64,000 bases of DNA from Nitrospinota bacterium (lineage in GTDB: Bacteria > Nitrospinota_A > UBA7883 > JACRLM01): NCBI GenBank assembly GCA_016235255.1, contig JACRLM010000087.1, positions 542 to 64,541 on the forward strand, in the 5' to 3' direction. Position numbers and translations under genes: made by a program. The notes beneath the pieces are model-generated. The model did not search any database. It saw nothing but the letters and a program-made list of their open reading frames with translations, and was not told where the DNA came from. Position 1 is the stretch's first letter; each line of letters begins with the position of its first letter. Below are positions 45,659 to 54,861 of the stretch, in pieces.

Positions 45659-46651
45659 TCACTCGATTTTCTTCAGCTCTTCGGCCACAACGGTCGCCGG
45701 TATCGGGAAGTATCCGTCCTTTACCACGACCTCCTGCCCTTCTTTGGCAAGGACAAGCTTGAGGAACTCCTTTGTGATCGGATCGAGCGGCTTGCCCGGC
45801 GCCTTGTTGATATAGACATAAAGGAAGCGCGAAAGAGGATATGTGCCCGCGTATGCGTTCTCCGCCGTGGCTTCATACACCTTTGCGCCCTCTTTTTCCG
45901 ACAGTGGAACGGCGCGTACCCCGGCGGTGGAGTACCCGATGCCGCTGTAGCCCATGGCGCCCTTGTCGCCGGTCACCCCCTGCACCACAGAGGCCGAGCC
46001 TGGCTGTTCCTTCACGGTGTCCTTATAGTCGCCGTTTTTCAGCACGTGCTCTTTGAAGAAGCCGTACGTGCCAGAAGCCGAATTACGGCCATACAGGCTG
46101 ATGGGCTTGCCCGCCCATTCGCCGGAAAGTCCCAGCTTGTCCCACGCCGTCATATCGTCCTTGGCCCCGCGCCTGCGGCTCTTGGAGAACACCGCGTCCA
46201 CCTGCTCCAGGCTCATGGACTTTATGGGATTGTCCTTGTTGACGAACACCGCCAGCGCGTCCACCGCCACGCGTATCTGCGTGGGCTTGTAGCCGAACTT
46301 TTTCTCGAACTGGTCGATCTCGGTCTCTTTCATCCCGCGCGACATGGGCCCAAGTTGCGCAGTGCCGCTGATAAGGGCCGGAGGGGCCGTGGAAGATCCC
46401 TTGCCTTCGATCTGCACCTTGGTGTTCGGATAAAGCTTGTTGAACCCCTCGGCCCATAGGGTCATCAGGTTATTGAGAGTGTCCGACCCTATGCTCGACA
46501 CGCTCCCGCTGACCCCGCTCACCTTTTTATAACCGGATATTTTTGGATCCACCTTCACCGTTCCGGCGGACGCCAGGCCCGCTGAAAGGTTGAAGGCCGC
46601 CACGGCCATCGCCATGATCAACGCTGTCAACAGATTCCGCGCACGATTCAT
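45659..46651 (-). CDS. pstS: Phosphate ABC transporter substrate-binding protein PstS
   Basis: Signal peptide; [22 protein letters not shown]...[23 protein letters not shown] is a canonical PstS sequence. Confidence 0.85.
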   Translation of the reverse strand: MNRARNLLTALIMAMAVAAFNLSAGLASAGTVKVDPKISGYKKVSGVSGSVSSIGSDTLNNLMTLWAEGFNKLYPNTKVQIEGKGSSTAPPALISGTAQLGPMSRGMKETEIDQFEKKFGYKPTQIRVAVDALAVFVNKDNPIKSMSLEQVDAVFSKSRRRGAKDDMTAWDKLGLSGEWAGKPISLYGRNSASGTYGFFKEHVLKNGDYKDTVKEQPGSASVVQGVTGDKGAMGYSGIGYSTAGVRAVPLSEKEGAKVYEATAENAYAGTYPLSRFLYVYINKAPGKPLDPITKEFLKLVLAKEGQEVVVKDGYFPIPATVVAEELKKIE

Positions 46652-46774
46652 TTTATTTCTCCATTTGGTTCCGTTTAAAACACAGGCCGGACGCGCGCCG
46701 CCCGCTCACGAAAAAACGATAGCAGAATTGGCGGCGGGACGATGTTAGGATTGCGTTAGAAAAACCGCCGCGAT

Positions 46775-46792
46775 CTTAACGCAAACTTAACG
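46775..46792 (+). promoter_or_regulatory. Pho-box-like element: two 7-bp direct repeats CTTAACG separated by 4 bp
   Basis: CTTAACGcaaaCTTAACG has the PhoB-box geometry (7-4-7, 11-bp periodicity); lies upstream of the orphan HK and ~125 bp upstream of pstS; a degenerate copy on the opposite strand sits at 46744-46760. Confidence 0.4.
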
Positions 46793-46848
46793 TTCGCCGT
46801 TTTGTGTCGCGGTTAAACTTGATGGATGAACAAGGAGACGGTTTTATA

Positions 46849-47598
46849 ATGACTGTTACCGCTGAAAAGATTTGCGATTCATGCAAGCAATCGCTGGACA
46901 AGGCCGACAGGGCCATCTCAGCAATAAGCCACGACATCAAGTCACCGATGGTGGCGATCGCCGGATTCACCGAAGCTCTCCTCAAGGAGACACCGGGGAC
47001 CGGCAATGAGGAAAGATGGTCCGACTTCCTGCAAAGGATCAACAAGGCGGCCAAAGCCTCGCTTGCGCTGGTGGAGGACATCCTTTCGCTGGCGAAGATG
47101 GAAGCGGGAAAAGAGCCGGTGGAGCCTGAATGGGTGCATGACCTTGATAATGAGCTTAAGGACATCGTTTCAACTTTCCGCATGGAGGCCGAAGCCAAGG
47201 GTGTCAGCCTTGACTTGGAAATCAAGCCGCTTCCCGCTGTCCGGTGGGACATGCGCAGGCTGCGGTATCACGCAATCAACAACGTGCTTTCCAACGCGCT
47301 CAAGTTCACCCCGGCCGGAGGCGCTGTAACACTGAAAGCGGAAAAGCTGGACGGCGAAATCATTCTGGCCGTGGAGGACAGCGGACCGGGCATTCCGCCA
47401 GATGAACACGAACGGATCTTCAACAGGTTCGAGCAGGCCGGGATGCGGTCGCACCGTGTGTTCAAGGGGGCGGGACTGGGGCTGGCGAACGCCAGGCTTT
47501 TTGTGGAGCGCCACGGCGGCCGCATAAGCGTTGAGGACGCAAAGCCACATGGAGCCAGGTTTGTTATAACCCTGCCTGTGGCCTCAAACGCCATCTGA
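46849..47598 (+). CDS. Soluble sensor histidine kinase (HisKA + HATPase_c only)
   Basis: H-box AISHDIKSPM; N, G1 and G2 boxes (NALKFT, DSGPGI, GLGLA); start at MTVTAEK with AAGGAG upstream (the track ORF starts at GTG 46804). Confidence 0.75.
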   Translation: MTVTAEKICDSCKQSLDKADRAISAISHDIKSPMVAIAGFTEALLKETPGTGNEERWSDFLQRINKAAKASLALVEDILSLAKMEAGKEPVEPEWVHDLDNELKDIVSTFRMEAEAKGVSLDLEIKPLPAVRWDMRRLRYHAINNVLSNALKFTPAGGAVTLKAEKLDGEIILAVEDSGPGIPPDEHERIFNRFEQAGMRSHRVFKGAGLGLANARLFVERHGGRISVEDAKPHGARFVITLPVASNAI

Positions 47599-47629
47599 AA
47601 ACAAATAAAAATCCCCGGCCTTCCGGGGA
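47598..47629 (-). terminator. Rho-independent terminator downstream of hsp20
   Basis: Minus-strand stem ccccgg-aagg-ccgggg followed by UUUUUAUUUGUUU. Confidence 0.55.
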
Positions 47630-47670
47630 GGGGGGGGATGAAGGCCGGGGCGAAATGACAGAGGCCGTTT

Positions 47671-48108
47671 TTATTCCACCGATATCTTAATCGGCTGGGC
47701 CTTCTGGGTCTTGGGCACGGTCACCTCCAGCAGGCCGTTACTGTACGAGGCGGATATTTTCTCCGTGTCCGCGCCGACGAACCGGAGCGACCTTGCGAAC
47801 GCGCCATAGCTCCGTTCCAGCCGGTAGATTTTTTCGCTCTTTTCCTCCGTCTCGCGCTTCTTCTCGCCGGATATGGTGAGAATGTTGTTGTCGCACTCTA
47901 TCTTGATGTCATTCTTGTCCATGCCGGGGACTTCCAGCCGCACCTTGTAATCGGCCTCGGTCTCCGTGACGTCCATTGCGGGGGAATAAGGCTTGTCCCC
48001 GGGCCCGAAAAGGGACGCGGGCCATAACTCTCCGAAAAGGGACAATGCTCCGAATGGATCCAGATCGGCCATCGGACGCTCTTTTAAGTCTCTCCTTGCC
48101 AGCAACAT
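47671..48108 (-). CDS. Hsp20/alpha-crystallin family small heat-shock protein
   Basis: ACD domain (DVTETEADYKVRLEVPGMDKNDIKIE...GLLEVTVPK); start at ATG preceded by AAAGGAGG. Confidence 0.85.
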   Translation of the reverse strand: MLLARRDLKERPMADLDPFGALSLFGELWPASLFGPGDKPYSPAMDVTETEADYKVRLEVPGMDKNDIKIECDNNILTISGEKKRETEEKSEKIYRLERSYGAFARSLRFVGADTEKISASYSNGLLEVTVPKTQKAQPIKISVE

Positions 48109-48278
48109 GGTAAACACCTCCTTTAGCGATGATTAACAGTCTTCCTGATTTTTTAATAAAATCCGTATATCAAAAAGTCAAGCGGATCGCGGTTCCACTT
48201 TCACCATGGCGGGCCGTCGTCCCGCCTGCTGGTGGTGATATAAAACCGGTTGTCTTGCGTGTCAAGTTATGGAGGGAA

Positions 48279-48305
48279 TAAAAAAAGGGGGCCGTGAAGG
48301 CCCCC
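48279..48305 (-). terminator. Rho-independent terminator of the 48327-49151 gene
   Basis: Minus strand: gggggcc-uucac-ggccccc followed by UUUUUUUAU. Confidence 0.7.
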
Positions 48306-48326
48306 GGGAAAATAGTTGAAAAGGAT

Positions 48327-49151
48327 TCAGACGTCCGTTTTTTGCGCCTGTCCTGGTTCCTCTGCCTGCTCCCCTTGTTCGGACTGTTTGTTTTCGCCGG
48401 CTTCGCTTTTGAAAAAGTCTTTGACGAATGCGCCCCAATCGCCACCTTCGGCGGCGGCCTTCCTGGCCTTGTCCGAGCCTTTGCCGAGCATGAAATCGAA
48501 GAAAGAATTAAGCTTCTGGTCCACCAGGTCTTTTGTCTGGCTTATGTTCGCGCCGATTTCCTTGGGCAGATCGCCGAGTATCTTCATCGCCTCGGTGAAC
48601 CCCTGGTTTATCGCCCCGCCCACAAGCTCTTTATATCCTTTCACCTGGTCTTCATAGGACATGTTCTGATGCTGCTTGGCGTACATCGGGAAAAACTGGA
48701 GGGCGAAATCGGTTATACGCTGCGCGGTGGCCTCCGGGCTGAACGGGTTTGCGTCCAGCGCCGCCGCCTGCGCGTCCACCACCTGTTGCGCTTGGCTCAT
48801 CCGCATGTCCACCTGGACGCTCACCTCGGTGGTCTGCTTGTAATAAGCGGAGACTTTGGAGCCGCCGCTTTCCGCCTGGACGGAGCCTTCGAACGTCTGC
48901 TTGACGTTTGCCCGCACGGAAAGCTCCGTGATGGACTGGGCGAACTGGTCCTTCGCCATCTTGTTCCCGGCGAAGAAGTTGTTCAGCCGCTCGATAAGCT
49001 TGCCGATGAAATTGTCCAGCGATACGCTGTCCCCTTTTTGAGGGGTTGTGTTTTTGCCGTCGGCCTGGCCTGCCTTGGCCTCTTTGTTGTCGAAAGGATT
49101 GATTCTTTTGTCCGCCTGGGCGGTCACGCCGCCTGTTTCTATACCCGCCAT
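48327..49151 (-). CDS. Hypothetical Q/E/A-rich protein (no signal peptide)
   Basis: 274-aa ORF with its own terminator; predicted helical; acidic C-terminal tail; no recognisable catalytic motif. Confidence 0.5.
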   Translation of the reverse strand: MAGIETGGVTAQADKRINPFDNKEAKAGQADGKNTTPQKGDSVSLDNFIGKLIERLNNFFAGNKMAKDQFAQSITELSVRANVKQTFEGSVQAESGGSKVSAYYKQTTEVSVQVDMRMSQAQQVVDAQAAALDANPFSPEATAQRITDFALQFFPMYAKQHQNMSYEDQVKGYKELVGGAINQGFTEAMKILGDLPKEIGANISQTKDLVDQKLNSFFDFMLGKGSDKARKAAAEGGDWGAFVKDFFKSEAGENKQSEQGEQAEEPGQAQKTDV

Positions 49152-49284
49152 AATGCACCTATGGATGAAGTTGCCCCTTGGATATATTATCGGCCACCAA
49201 TGTCAGGACTTTAGCATAATAACGCCCCGTCTTGTGGAAAGACGGGACGTTCGAAAGAAGGGGGGGTACGCCTCCTTGCGATCA

Positions 49285-49797
49285 CTATTGCTCGGAAGGG
49301 CCGCCTGCAGGCCGGTTCGCGCCGGGACCGGATTGGTCATCGCTCATTCCCCCCGGGCCGCGCCGTCCTTCCGATAGCAGGCCCATCTTCATCCGGTCGT
49401 TCATCTTGTGCTTCTGCTCCGGTGTGAGGATACCCATTATTTTTACCTGCAGCTCAAGCCGCGCCTTGTGCATCTGGCCATGGATCGCGGAGATTTCGTC
49501 AATGATCTTGTCCAGCGCCTTTGGATTTGGCTTGTCCTTTTGAAGCTCCTCTTCGAAGTCAATTTCCTTCACCTCCAGCCTTCCCTTGATTTCCGCGTGC
49601 TTGCGCCGCATCACGTTGCGCATGTCGCGGATCGCCGTGGTCTGCTCGTTTGTAAGGTTCAACTCCTGGATAAAGTCCATGCCGCCGGGCCCCTTCCGGG
49701 CGCCCGGGCCGCCCCCCATTCCTCCACCCATCCCCTGGGCAACCGCCACCGCCGGAATCAATATCAACATCGCCATAGCAACGATCAGCTTACGCAT
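49285..49797 (-). CDS. Spy/CpxP/ZraP family periplasmic chaperone (LTxxQ motifs)
   Basis: Signal peptide; two LTxxQ motifs (LNLTNEQ, ILTPEQ); Gly-rich termini; downstream of the sigma/anti-sigma pair. Confidence 0.7.
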   Translation of the reverse strand: MRKLIVAMAMLILIPAVAVAQGMGGGMGGGPGARKGPGGMDFIQELNLTNEQTTAIRDMRNVMRRKHAEIKGRLEVKEIDFEEELQKDKPNPKALDKIIDEISAIHGQMHKARLELQVKIMGILTPEQKHKMNDRMKMGLLSEGRRGPGGMSDDQSGPGANRPAGGPSEQ

Positions 49798-50215
49798 TGG
49801 TCACACCTCCGTTTATTCCGTAAATATCTTCCAACTGAGTCTCGATGAATTCATCCAGACTCGCACCCGGGTCTTCACCAAAATCAGGGGCCGAAGCCAA
49901 GACGCTCGCTTCCCCGTTGAACACCTCGGCCATGATTTCATTGACCGCCGCCGCCGTGGCAGGATCCACCGGCCCTGGCGCCGGAACCGAAGTCAGCCTC
50001 AAGGCGATTACAAGCGCGGCCATAGCCGCCGCCGCCGGCCAAGCCAACCTTGCCAACCTCGGGCGGAACAGCGGCCGCAGAAACTCCACTAGCCGCCAGC
50101 CGATTCCCGGATTTTGCCGGGGGGTCTTTTCAATCCGCTCCAGCACCTGCGCCCAAAGCCTGTCTGGCGCCTCGTGCCTTGCCGCTTTCTTGAATAGTCC
50201 GTCAATGTCCTTCAT
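49790..50215 (-). CDS. Anti-sigma factor (single-pass membrane, RseA/ChrR-like role)
   Basis: Overlaps the end of the ECF sigma gene; cytoplasmic N-terminal helices, one TM (LAWPAAAAMAALVIALRL), periplasmic tail; start assigned at MKDIDGLF. Confidence 0.55.
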   Translation of the reverse strand: MKDIDGLFKKAARHEAPDRLWAQVLERIEKTPRQNPGIGWRLVEFLRPLFRPRLARLAWPAAAAMAALVIALRLTSVPAPGPVDPATAAAVNEIMAEVFNGEASVLASAPDFGEDPGASLDEFIETQLEDIYGINGGVTNA

Positions 50216-50765
50216 TTTCCCTCTCCATCTCCCCGGCGATTTGCGCAAGGTCGTTCCTTCCCCGCGCAATGCGCGACCGCACCGTGCCAACCGGCGCCCC
50301 GGTGGCCTCGGCTATCTCCTCGTAACTCAGGCCCTCGATCTCCCGCAATATCACCGCGATCCTTCGTTCCGGCGAAAGCCTTGAAAGAATCGTCATCAGC
50401 GTTTTCTCCGCGTCATCTTTTTCCGTTTGCGCCGCCGGATTGTCCTTTATAAAAATCTCCGGGCCGGCAATCCGCGCGGCCTCGTCCTTAAGCTCCATGG
50501 CCAGGTTCTTTTTACGCGCTCCGTTCAAGACGCGGTTGACCGTGATCCTGTATATCCACGTAGAAAACGAAGACCCGCCCCGGAACGCCGGAAGGTTCTT
50601 CCAGGCCGATACGAACACGTCCTGGGCTATGTCCTCCGCCTCGTCCGTATCTCCGGACATCCGCACCGCCACGTTCCACACGAAACCCTTGTGTTTGTCG
50701 AAGAGGATCCGGAACGCTTCCGTGTCCCCCTCCCTGGCCTTTTCGATTGTCTGCGTTTCGTCCAT
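50202..50765 (-). CDS. ECF (group IV) RNA polymerase sigma factor
   Basis: Sigma-2 region (DIAQDVFVSAWKNLPAFRGGSSFSTWIYRITVN) and sigma-4 HTH (SYEEIAEATGAPVGTVRSRIARGR); start may be 50765 or 50825. Confidence 0.85.
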   Translation of the reverse strand: MDETQTIEKAREGDTEAFRILFDKHKGFVWNVAVRMSGDTDEAEDIAQDVFVSAWKNLPAFRGGSSFSTWIYRITVNRVLNGARKKNLAMELKDEAARIAGPEIFIKDNPAAQTEKDDAEKTLMTILSRLSPERRIAVILREIEGLSYEEIAEATGAPVGTVRSRIARGRNDLAQIAGEMERENEGH

Positions 50766-50905
50766 ATTCCGAGTAATTAGCGGCGCGCCAAAGCCCGCCT
50801 CAGCGGTCAATCCATGCGGCATCATGCGCCAATCCGCCTTTTTACCGCCCGATGCGGCCCATGATCCCGAATGATCATATTACCCTTTTGCTTTTCTTTA
50901 TGCCC

Positions 50906-50935
50906 TTTAGACAGCTCCGGCTTTATAAAAGTTCC
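50906..50935 (-). promoter_or_regulatory. SigmaE-type ECF promoter (GGAACTT-N17-TCTAA) upstream of the ECF sigma operon
   Basis: Minus strand GGAACTTttataaagccggagctgTCTAAA, 70-130 nt upstream of the sigma start; typical autoregulatory architecture. Confidence 0.55.
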
Positions 50936-50996
50936 CGTAATTGAGCCGTGTTAATATGGATCCAAGCGGAAATTAATCCCGGAACGATGGCCAAAT

Positions 50997-51680
50997 ATGC
51001 CCAACAGGTTGTTTAGATTCTTCTTTCCAGAGGAAGTGGACTTTTTCACCCCCATGGCCCGGATAATCGATTGCATGGCCGAGGGGGCGGAAGCATATAT
51101 AGAAACCGCCGGGAAATCCTCCCTATGCGGCCCTGAAAAAATTGCCCTGCTCGACCATCTGAAAAAGCTTGAAAAGGAGGGGGACAACATACTGCGAACC
51201 GTGGCCACAGGCTTGAAACGCACATTCACCCCGCCATATCCGGCCATCGATATCCACAGGATGTTCGAAAGCCTGGACAACGCCATTGATCTGCTGGATG
51301 AATCGGCCAAAATCATCATCCACGCCAATTACCGTGATTACTTCCCGCCATTCGTGGCAAAGCAGTTGACGGCGTTCCTCAACGGGGCCCGGGAGGCCGG
51401 CAAGCTGCCCGAACTGATGCGCGATCCGAGGAAAAATTCATCCGCCATCACAGCCGTGTTGGAAGCCATGGGCCGGTGGGAGGCGGAAGGGGACAAGATT
51501 TATTGGGAAAACAAAAAGGCGCTCTCCGAGGTGATCAACAGCGCCGCGCAGAGCAATAACCTTGCGGGATTCCGGCGGGGGAGGATGGACGAGATGGCCC
51601 TCGATCTGCTAGAGCAGCTTGTGGACACGCTCCTCGATATAATCAAGAACGCCGAGGACATGTTGATCGAACATGCATGA
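50997..51680 (+). CDS. DUF47 (PhoU-like) phosphate transport regulator
   Basis: 227 aa PhoU-like helical protein overlapping the PiT transporter start by 8 nt (conserved DUF47-PiT pair). Confidence 0.75.
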   Translation: MPNRLFRFFFPEEVDFFTPMARIIDCMAEGAEAYIETAGKSSLCGPEKIALLDHLKKLEKEGDNILRTVATGLKRTFTPPYPAIDIHRMFESLDNAIDLLDESAKIIIHANYRDYFPPFVAKQLTAFLNGAREAGKLPELMRDPRKNSSAITAVLEAMGRWEAEGDKIYWENKKALSEVINSAAQSNNLAGFRRGRMDEMALDLLEQLVDTLLDIIKNAEDMLIEHA

Positions 51681-52686
51681 TCCGGCTTTCGCCCTTCTCA
51701 CCGCCGTGGTGGTCCTTGCCCTTATATTCGATTTTATCAACGGATTCCATGACACGGCCAGCACCATCGCCACCTCCATCGCCACAAGGGCGCTCAATGC
51801 CAAGGGGGCGCTCATCCTTTCGGCGGCATTCAATTTCGCCGGGGCGTTCTGGTCCCACAAGGTGGCGGGCACCATCGCCACAGGGGTCGCCGCCCCTTCG
51901 TTCATGGACCTGAAGGTGATAATCAGCGCGCTGGCCGCGGCAATCGTATGGAACCTTGTCACGTGGTACTTTGCGGCGCCTTCAAGCTCCTCCCATGCGC
52001 TGATCGCCGCTCTTTTCGGCGCGGCGGCGATGAAGGGATTTGTGTCCGGAGCCGGGCTTGCCCAGCTTAACTGGCCGATGCTTTTGAACATAGCGGCGGC
52101 CCTTTTCACCTCGCCGTTGCTCGGTTTCATCGTTGCGTTCACCATGTTCAAGCTGATGACGGCCCTGGCGCGGCTTGCGGGAGCATGGCCCAACAGGGTC
52201 AACAGGGGGCTGGCCCGGTGGCAGGTGGTTTCGGCGGCTCTCATCAGCTTCTCCCACGGAGGCAACGACGCGCAGAAGGCGATGGGGATGATATCGCTGG
52301 CGCTGTTCGAGTCCGGCTACGCTTCGGACATTGCAGTCCCTCTCTGGGTGACCGCGTCCTGCGCTTGCGCCATAAGCCTAGGGGTGATGGCGGGAGGCTG
52401 GAGGATCATAAACACCGTGGCCAATAAGATCACCACGCTCCAGCCAGCCCATGGATTCTGCGCGGAGATATCGTCGGCGGGAGTCGTCCTTGCGGCGTCT
52501 TATATCGGGATGCCTGTGTCCACCACGCATGTGGCCGTCTCCGCTGTGGTGGGGGTGGGCGCCTCCAAAGCGTCCGGCAGAATGCACAGGGGGGTGCTGC
52601 TTAGCGTGGCATACGCATGGATCACAACCATACCCGCCAGCGCGGCGATCGCCGGGGGGCTGTATTTCGCTTTGGTCAGTATCTGA
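51673..52686 (+). CDS. pitA: Inorganic phosphate transporter, PiT (PHO4) family
   Basis: FINGFHDTASTIATSI and GGNDAQKAMG signature motifs. Confidence 0.9.
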   Translation: MHDPAFALLTAVVVLALIFDFINGFHDTASTIATSIATRALNAKGALILSAAFNFAGAFWSHKVAGTIATGVAAPSFMDLKVIISALAAAIVWNLVTWYFAAPSSSSHALIAALFGAAAMKGFVSGAGLAQLNWPMLLNIAAALFTSPLLGFIVAFTMFKLMTALARLAGAWPNRVNRGLARWQVVSAALISFSHGGNDAQKAMGMISLALFESGYASDIAVPLWVTASCACAISLGVMAGGWRIINTVANKITTLQPAHGFCAEISSAGVVLAASYIGMPVSTTHVAVSAVVGVGASKASGRMHRGVLLSVAYAWITTIPASAAIAGGLYFALVSI

Positions 52687-52789
52687 ATCGGAGCAAAAGA
52701 AAAAGGACGGTTTTTGAAGCGCGTCCTTTCAATCCGGAAAATATCAAGCGGTCACGGAGCCGTTCCCCCGCCTTGGGATGGAGCCGGCT

Positions 52790-53002
52790 TCACCCGAAGA
52801 AATCGCAAGGTGAATCTTCACACACCGAAGCGTCGGTCTTAGCGCCCTTCTTGCCCGCTCTCTTGCCCGACCCCCTTCTTTCGGCTCCATCCCAATACTC
52901 GCCGTCGCTTAAGATCACTCCGGTGCCCCGGGCGACATCAATGATGGAAACCTTGCGTCTGTCACCCGCCGTCGCGGGCGTTTCTTTCGGATAAAGCAAC
53001 AT
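52790..53002 (-). CDS. Hypothetical small protein (70 aa)
   Basis: ATG preceded by a GGAGGG RBS and a TAATAT -10-like box within an otherwise gene-free 423-bp gap; no family recognised. Confidence 0.25.
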   Translation of the reverse strand: MLLYPKETPATAGDRRKVSIIDVARGTGVILSDGEYWDGAERRGSGKRAGKKGAKTDASVCEDSPCDFFG

Positions 53003-53109
53003 TGCCGGGCCCTCCGTTGAACTTCTCCACCTATATTATGCGCCCTTTTGGTTTAAAACGCCAAATAGCCGGATATGGACTTATGATAAATGCTATATAT
53101 ATCAGATAG

Positions 53110-54000
53110 TTACCCGCCAGCCTTGGCCGGATGCGAAAATTGGTACACCCCCAGCGACCCTATCACCAAAAGACCCGCCGCAACGCTTCCCAAATTGGGG
53201 ATTTCGCCCATGAAAGCCACCCCGTAAACGAAGGCGAAAACCGGGATTAACAGCTTGAACGCCGCCGCGTCCGCCGCGCCGATCCGCCCCATACCGCCGT
53301 TGAACATAAGGGCGGGAGCGCCGGCGCATACTGTCCCGAAAAAGAGCGCCAGTCCAGTCTGCTCCATCGAGTGGAACTTCAACCTGCCTGTCAAAAGCAC
53401 TATCGCAAGCGACGTGATGAAGGCTATCCAGAAGGACCACCGGGTGATGACCGCGCCTCCCGCCTCCATCACCGGCCTTTCTATCACCACCGTCATGATT
53501 GCGATCAGCGCCGCCGAGATCGTCAGCAGGATCACCCCCACCGCCTCTCCGGCGAAAACGCCCCGCTCCAGGCTGATCCACACCACCCCGAGAAAACCGG
53601 CCGCCAAAGCCGCGGCCTGCGGCGCCGAAAACCTTTTGCGCCCCATAAACCATGTCATCACGGCCACCATCAGCGCGTTTGAAATCACGATTACGGCGGC
53701 CAACGAAGGTGATATCACCTTGGCGCCTTCCATTATCATGATGCAAGTGACTGCGGAGCCCGCGCCATTTATAATCACGGGCCACAGGTGTTTCTTACGC
53801 AGTTTTCCGCCGCGCCTGCCGAGTAATTCGAGCGTTATTGCCCCGAACAGCATCCCCTGTGTCACCATCATGTCCATCCCGGCGGCTGGGTCCACCGCCC
53901 GGGCCAATGGATAGCCCGCGGCGAAAAGGGCGGCGGCGGTGACCAGTGCCGCATGAGCGCTGTTTAATGCAAGTGGCTTGCGTTGCTCGGTTGGCTCCAT
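53110..54000 (-). CDS. DMT superfamily (EamA-like) transporter
   Basis: Ten predicted TM helices; duplicated EamA domains. Confidence 0.75.
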   Translation of the reverse strand: MEPTEQRKPLALNSAHAALVTAAALFAAGYPLARAVDPAAGMDMMVTQGMLFGAITLELLGRRGGKLRKKHLWPVIINGAGSAVTCIMIMEGAKVISPSLAAVIVISNALMVAVMTWFMGRKRFSAPQAAALAAGFLGVVWISLERGVFAGEAVGVILLTISAALIAIMTVVIERPVMEAGGAVITRWSFWIAFITSLAIVLLTGRLKFHSMEQTGLALFFGTVCAGAPALMFNGGMGRIGAADAAAFKLLIPVFAFVYGVAFMGEIPNLGSVAAGLLVIGSLGVYQFSHPAKAGG

Positions 54001-54003
54001 CTT

Positions 54004-54660
54004 TTATTTTGCCGAATGGGCTCCAACCGCGTTCGCCATTATATTTCTCAGCCCGAGTGTGGCCTGCGCAATGTCTTTAGCCGCGAAAATGGCGCTCACA
54101 ACGCCGATTCTCTTCGCCCCCGCCGCGGCGACTTGCGCGATGTTCTCCTGGTTTATCCCTCCCATCACGGTAAACGGTATTGAGAGTGACCGGGCCGCTT
54201 CCCTCACAGGGTCAAGCCCCACAGCTTCCATTCCCGGCTTTGTTGGGGTTGGAAACAGCGGGCCGATGTTCACATATGTGGCCCCTTGCTTCTGTACTTC
54301 CAACGCTTCGGCCACGGAATGGGACGAACCGCCGATTATGGCGTCCGGCCCCAATAGCTTCCGGGCGGCGGATATGGGCAGATCGTCCTGCCCCAGATGG
54401 ACCCCGTCGGCCTCAACCGCCGCCGCGATATCAGCCCGGTCATTTATTATCAGCAACATGCCGTGTTTTCGAGTCTCGCGGCGATATAGCATGGCAAGTT
54501 CGTAAAATTGCCTGACAGTGAGCTTTTTCTCCCGCAGTTGAACGATCTTCGCCCCGCCACGGGCAAGCGCGGCGATAACCTGTTCGTCGCTTATCTGCGG
54601 GCAAAGCTCCCGGCCGGTGACAGGATAGATGTCCACATTCAGAAAAGATGGCAAGCGCAA
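54004..54660 (-). CDS. thiE: Thiamine-phosphate synthase ThiE
   Basis: TIM-barrel TMP-TENI motifs (IVQLREKKL, LIINDRADIAAAVEADGVHLGQDD, GPLFPTPTK). Confidence 0.85.
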   Translation of the reverse strand: MRLPSFLNVDIYPVTGRELCPQISDEQVIAALARGGAKIVQLREKKLTVRQFYELAMLYRRETRKHGMLLIINDRADIAAAVEADGVHLGQDDLPISAARKLLGPDAIIGGSSHSVAEALEVQKQGATYVNIGPLFPTPTKPGMEAVGLDPVREAARSLSIPFTVMGGINQENIAQVAAAGAKRIGVVSAIFAAKDIAQATLGLRNIMANAVGAHSAK

Positions 54661-54663
54661 GGC

Positions 54664-54861
54664 CTATCCGCCCCCCATCATGCGTAACAGCTCCACCATG
54701 TCCCCTTCGGCCAGCCGTTTTCTGCTCAATTCCGCGCGGGGGATCACCTCTTCATTTACCTGGGCGGCAATGTGCCCTTCCACATTCAACCGGGCGATAA
54801 GGCTCGCCAGGGTGTCCCCTTCATCGGCGCTGGCCGGTTTGCCGTTTAGAATTATGTTCAC
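54664..54861 (-). CDS. thiS: Sulfur carrier protein ThiS
   Basis: 65 aa ending in GG; GTG start overlapping the thiH stop (GTGA). Confidence 0.7.
   Translation of the reverse strand: MNIILNGKPASADEGDTLASLIARLNVEGHIAAQVNEEVIPRAELSRKRLAEGDMVELLRMMGGG

Noticed and set aside
47641-47676. Separate terminator for the plus-strand histidine kinase
   Set aside because: Only a 4-bp self-complementary GGCC pairing precedes the U-run. The convergent hsp20 terminator hairpin (47612-47629) probably acts bidirectionally.
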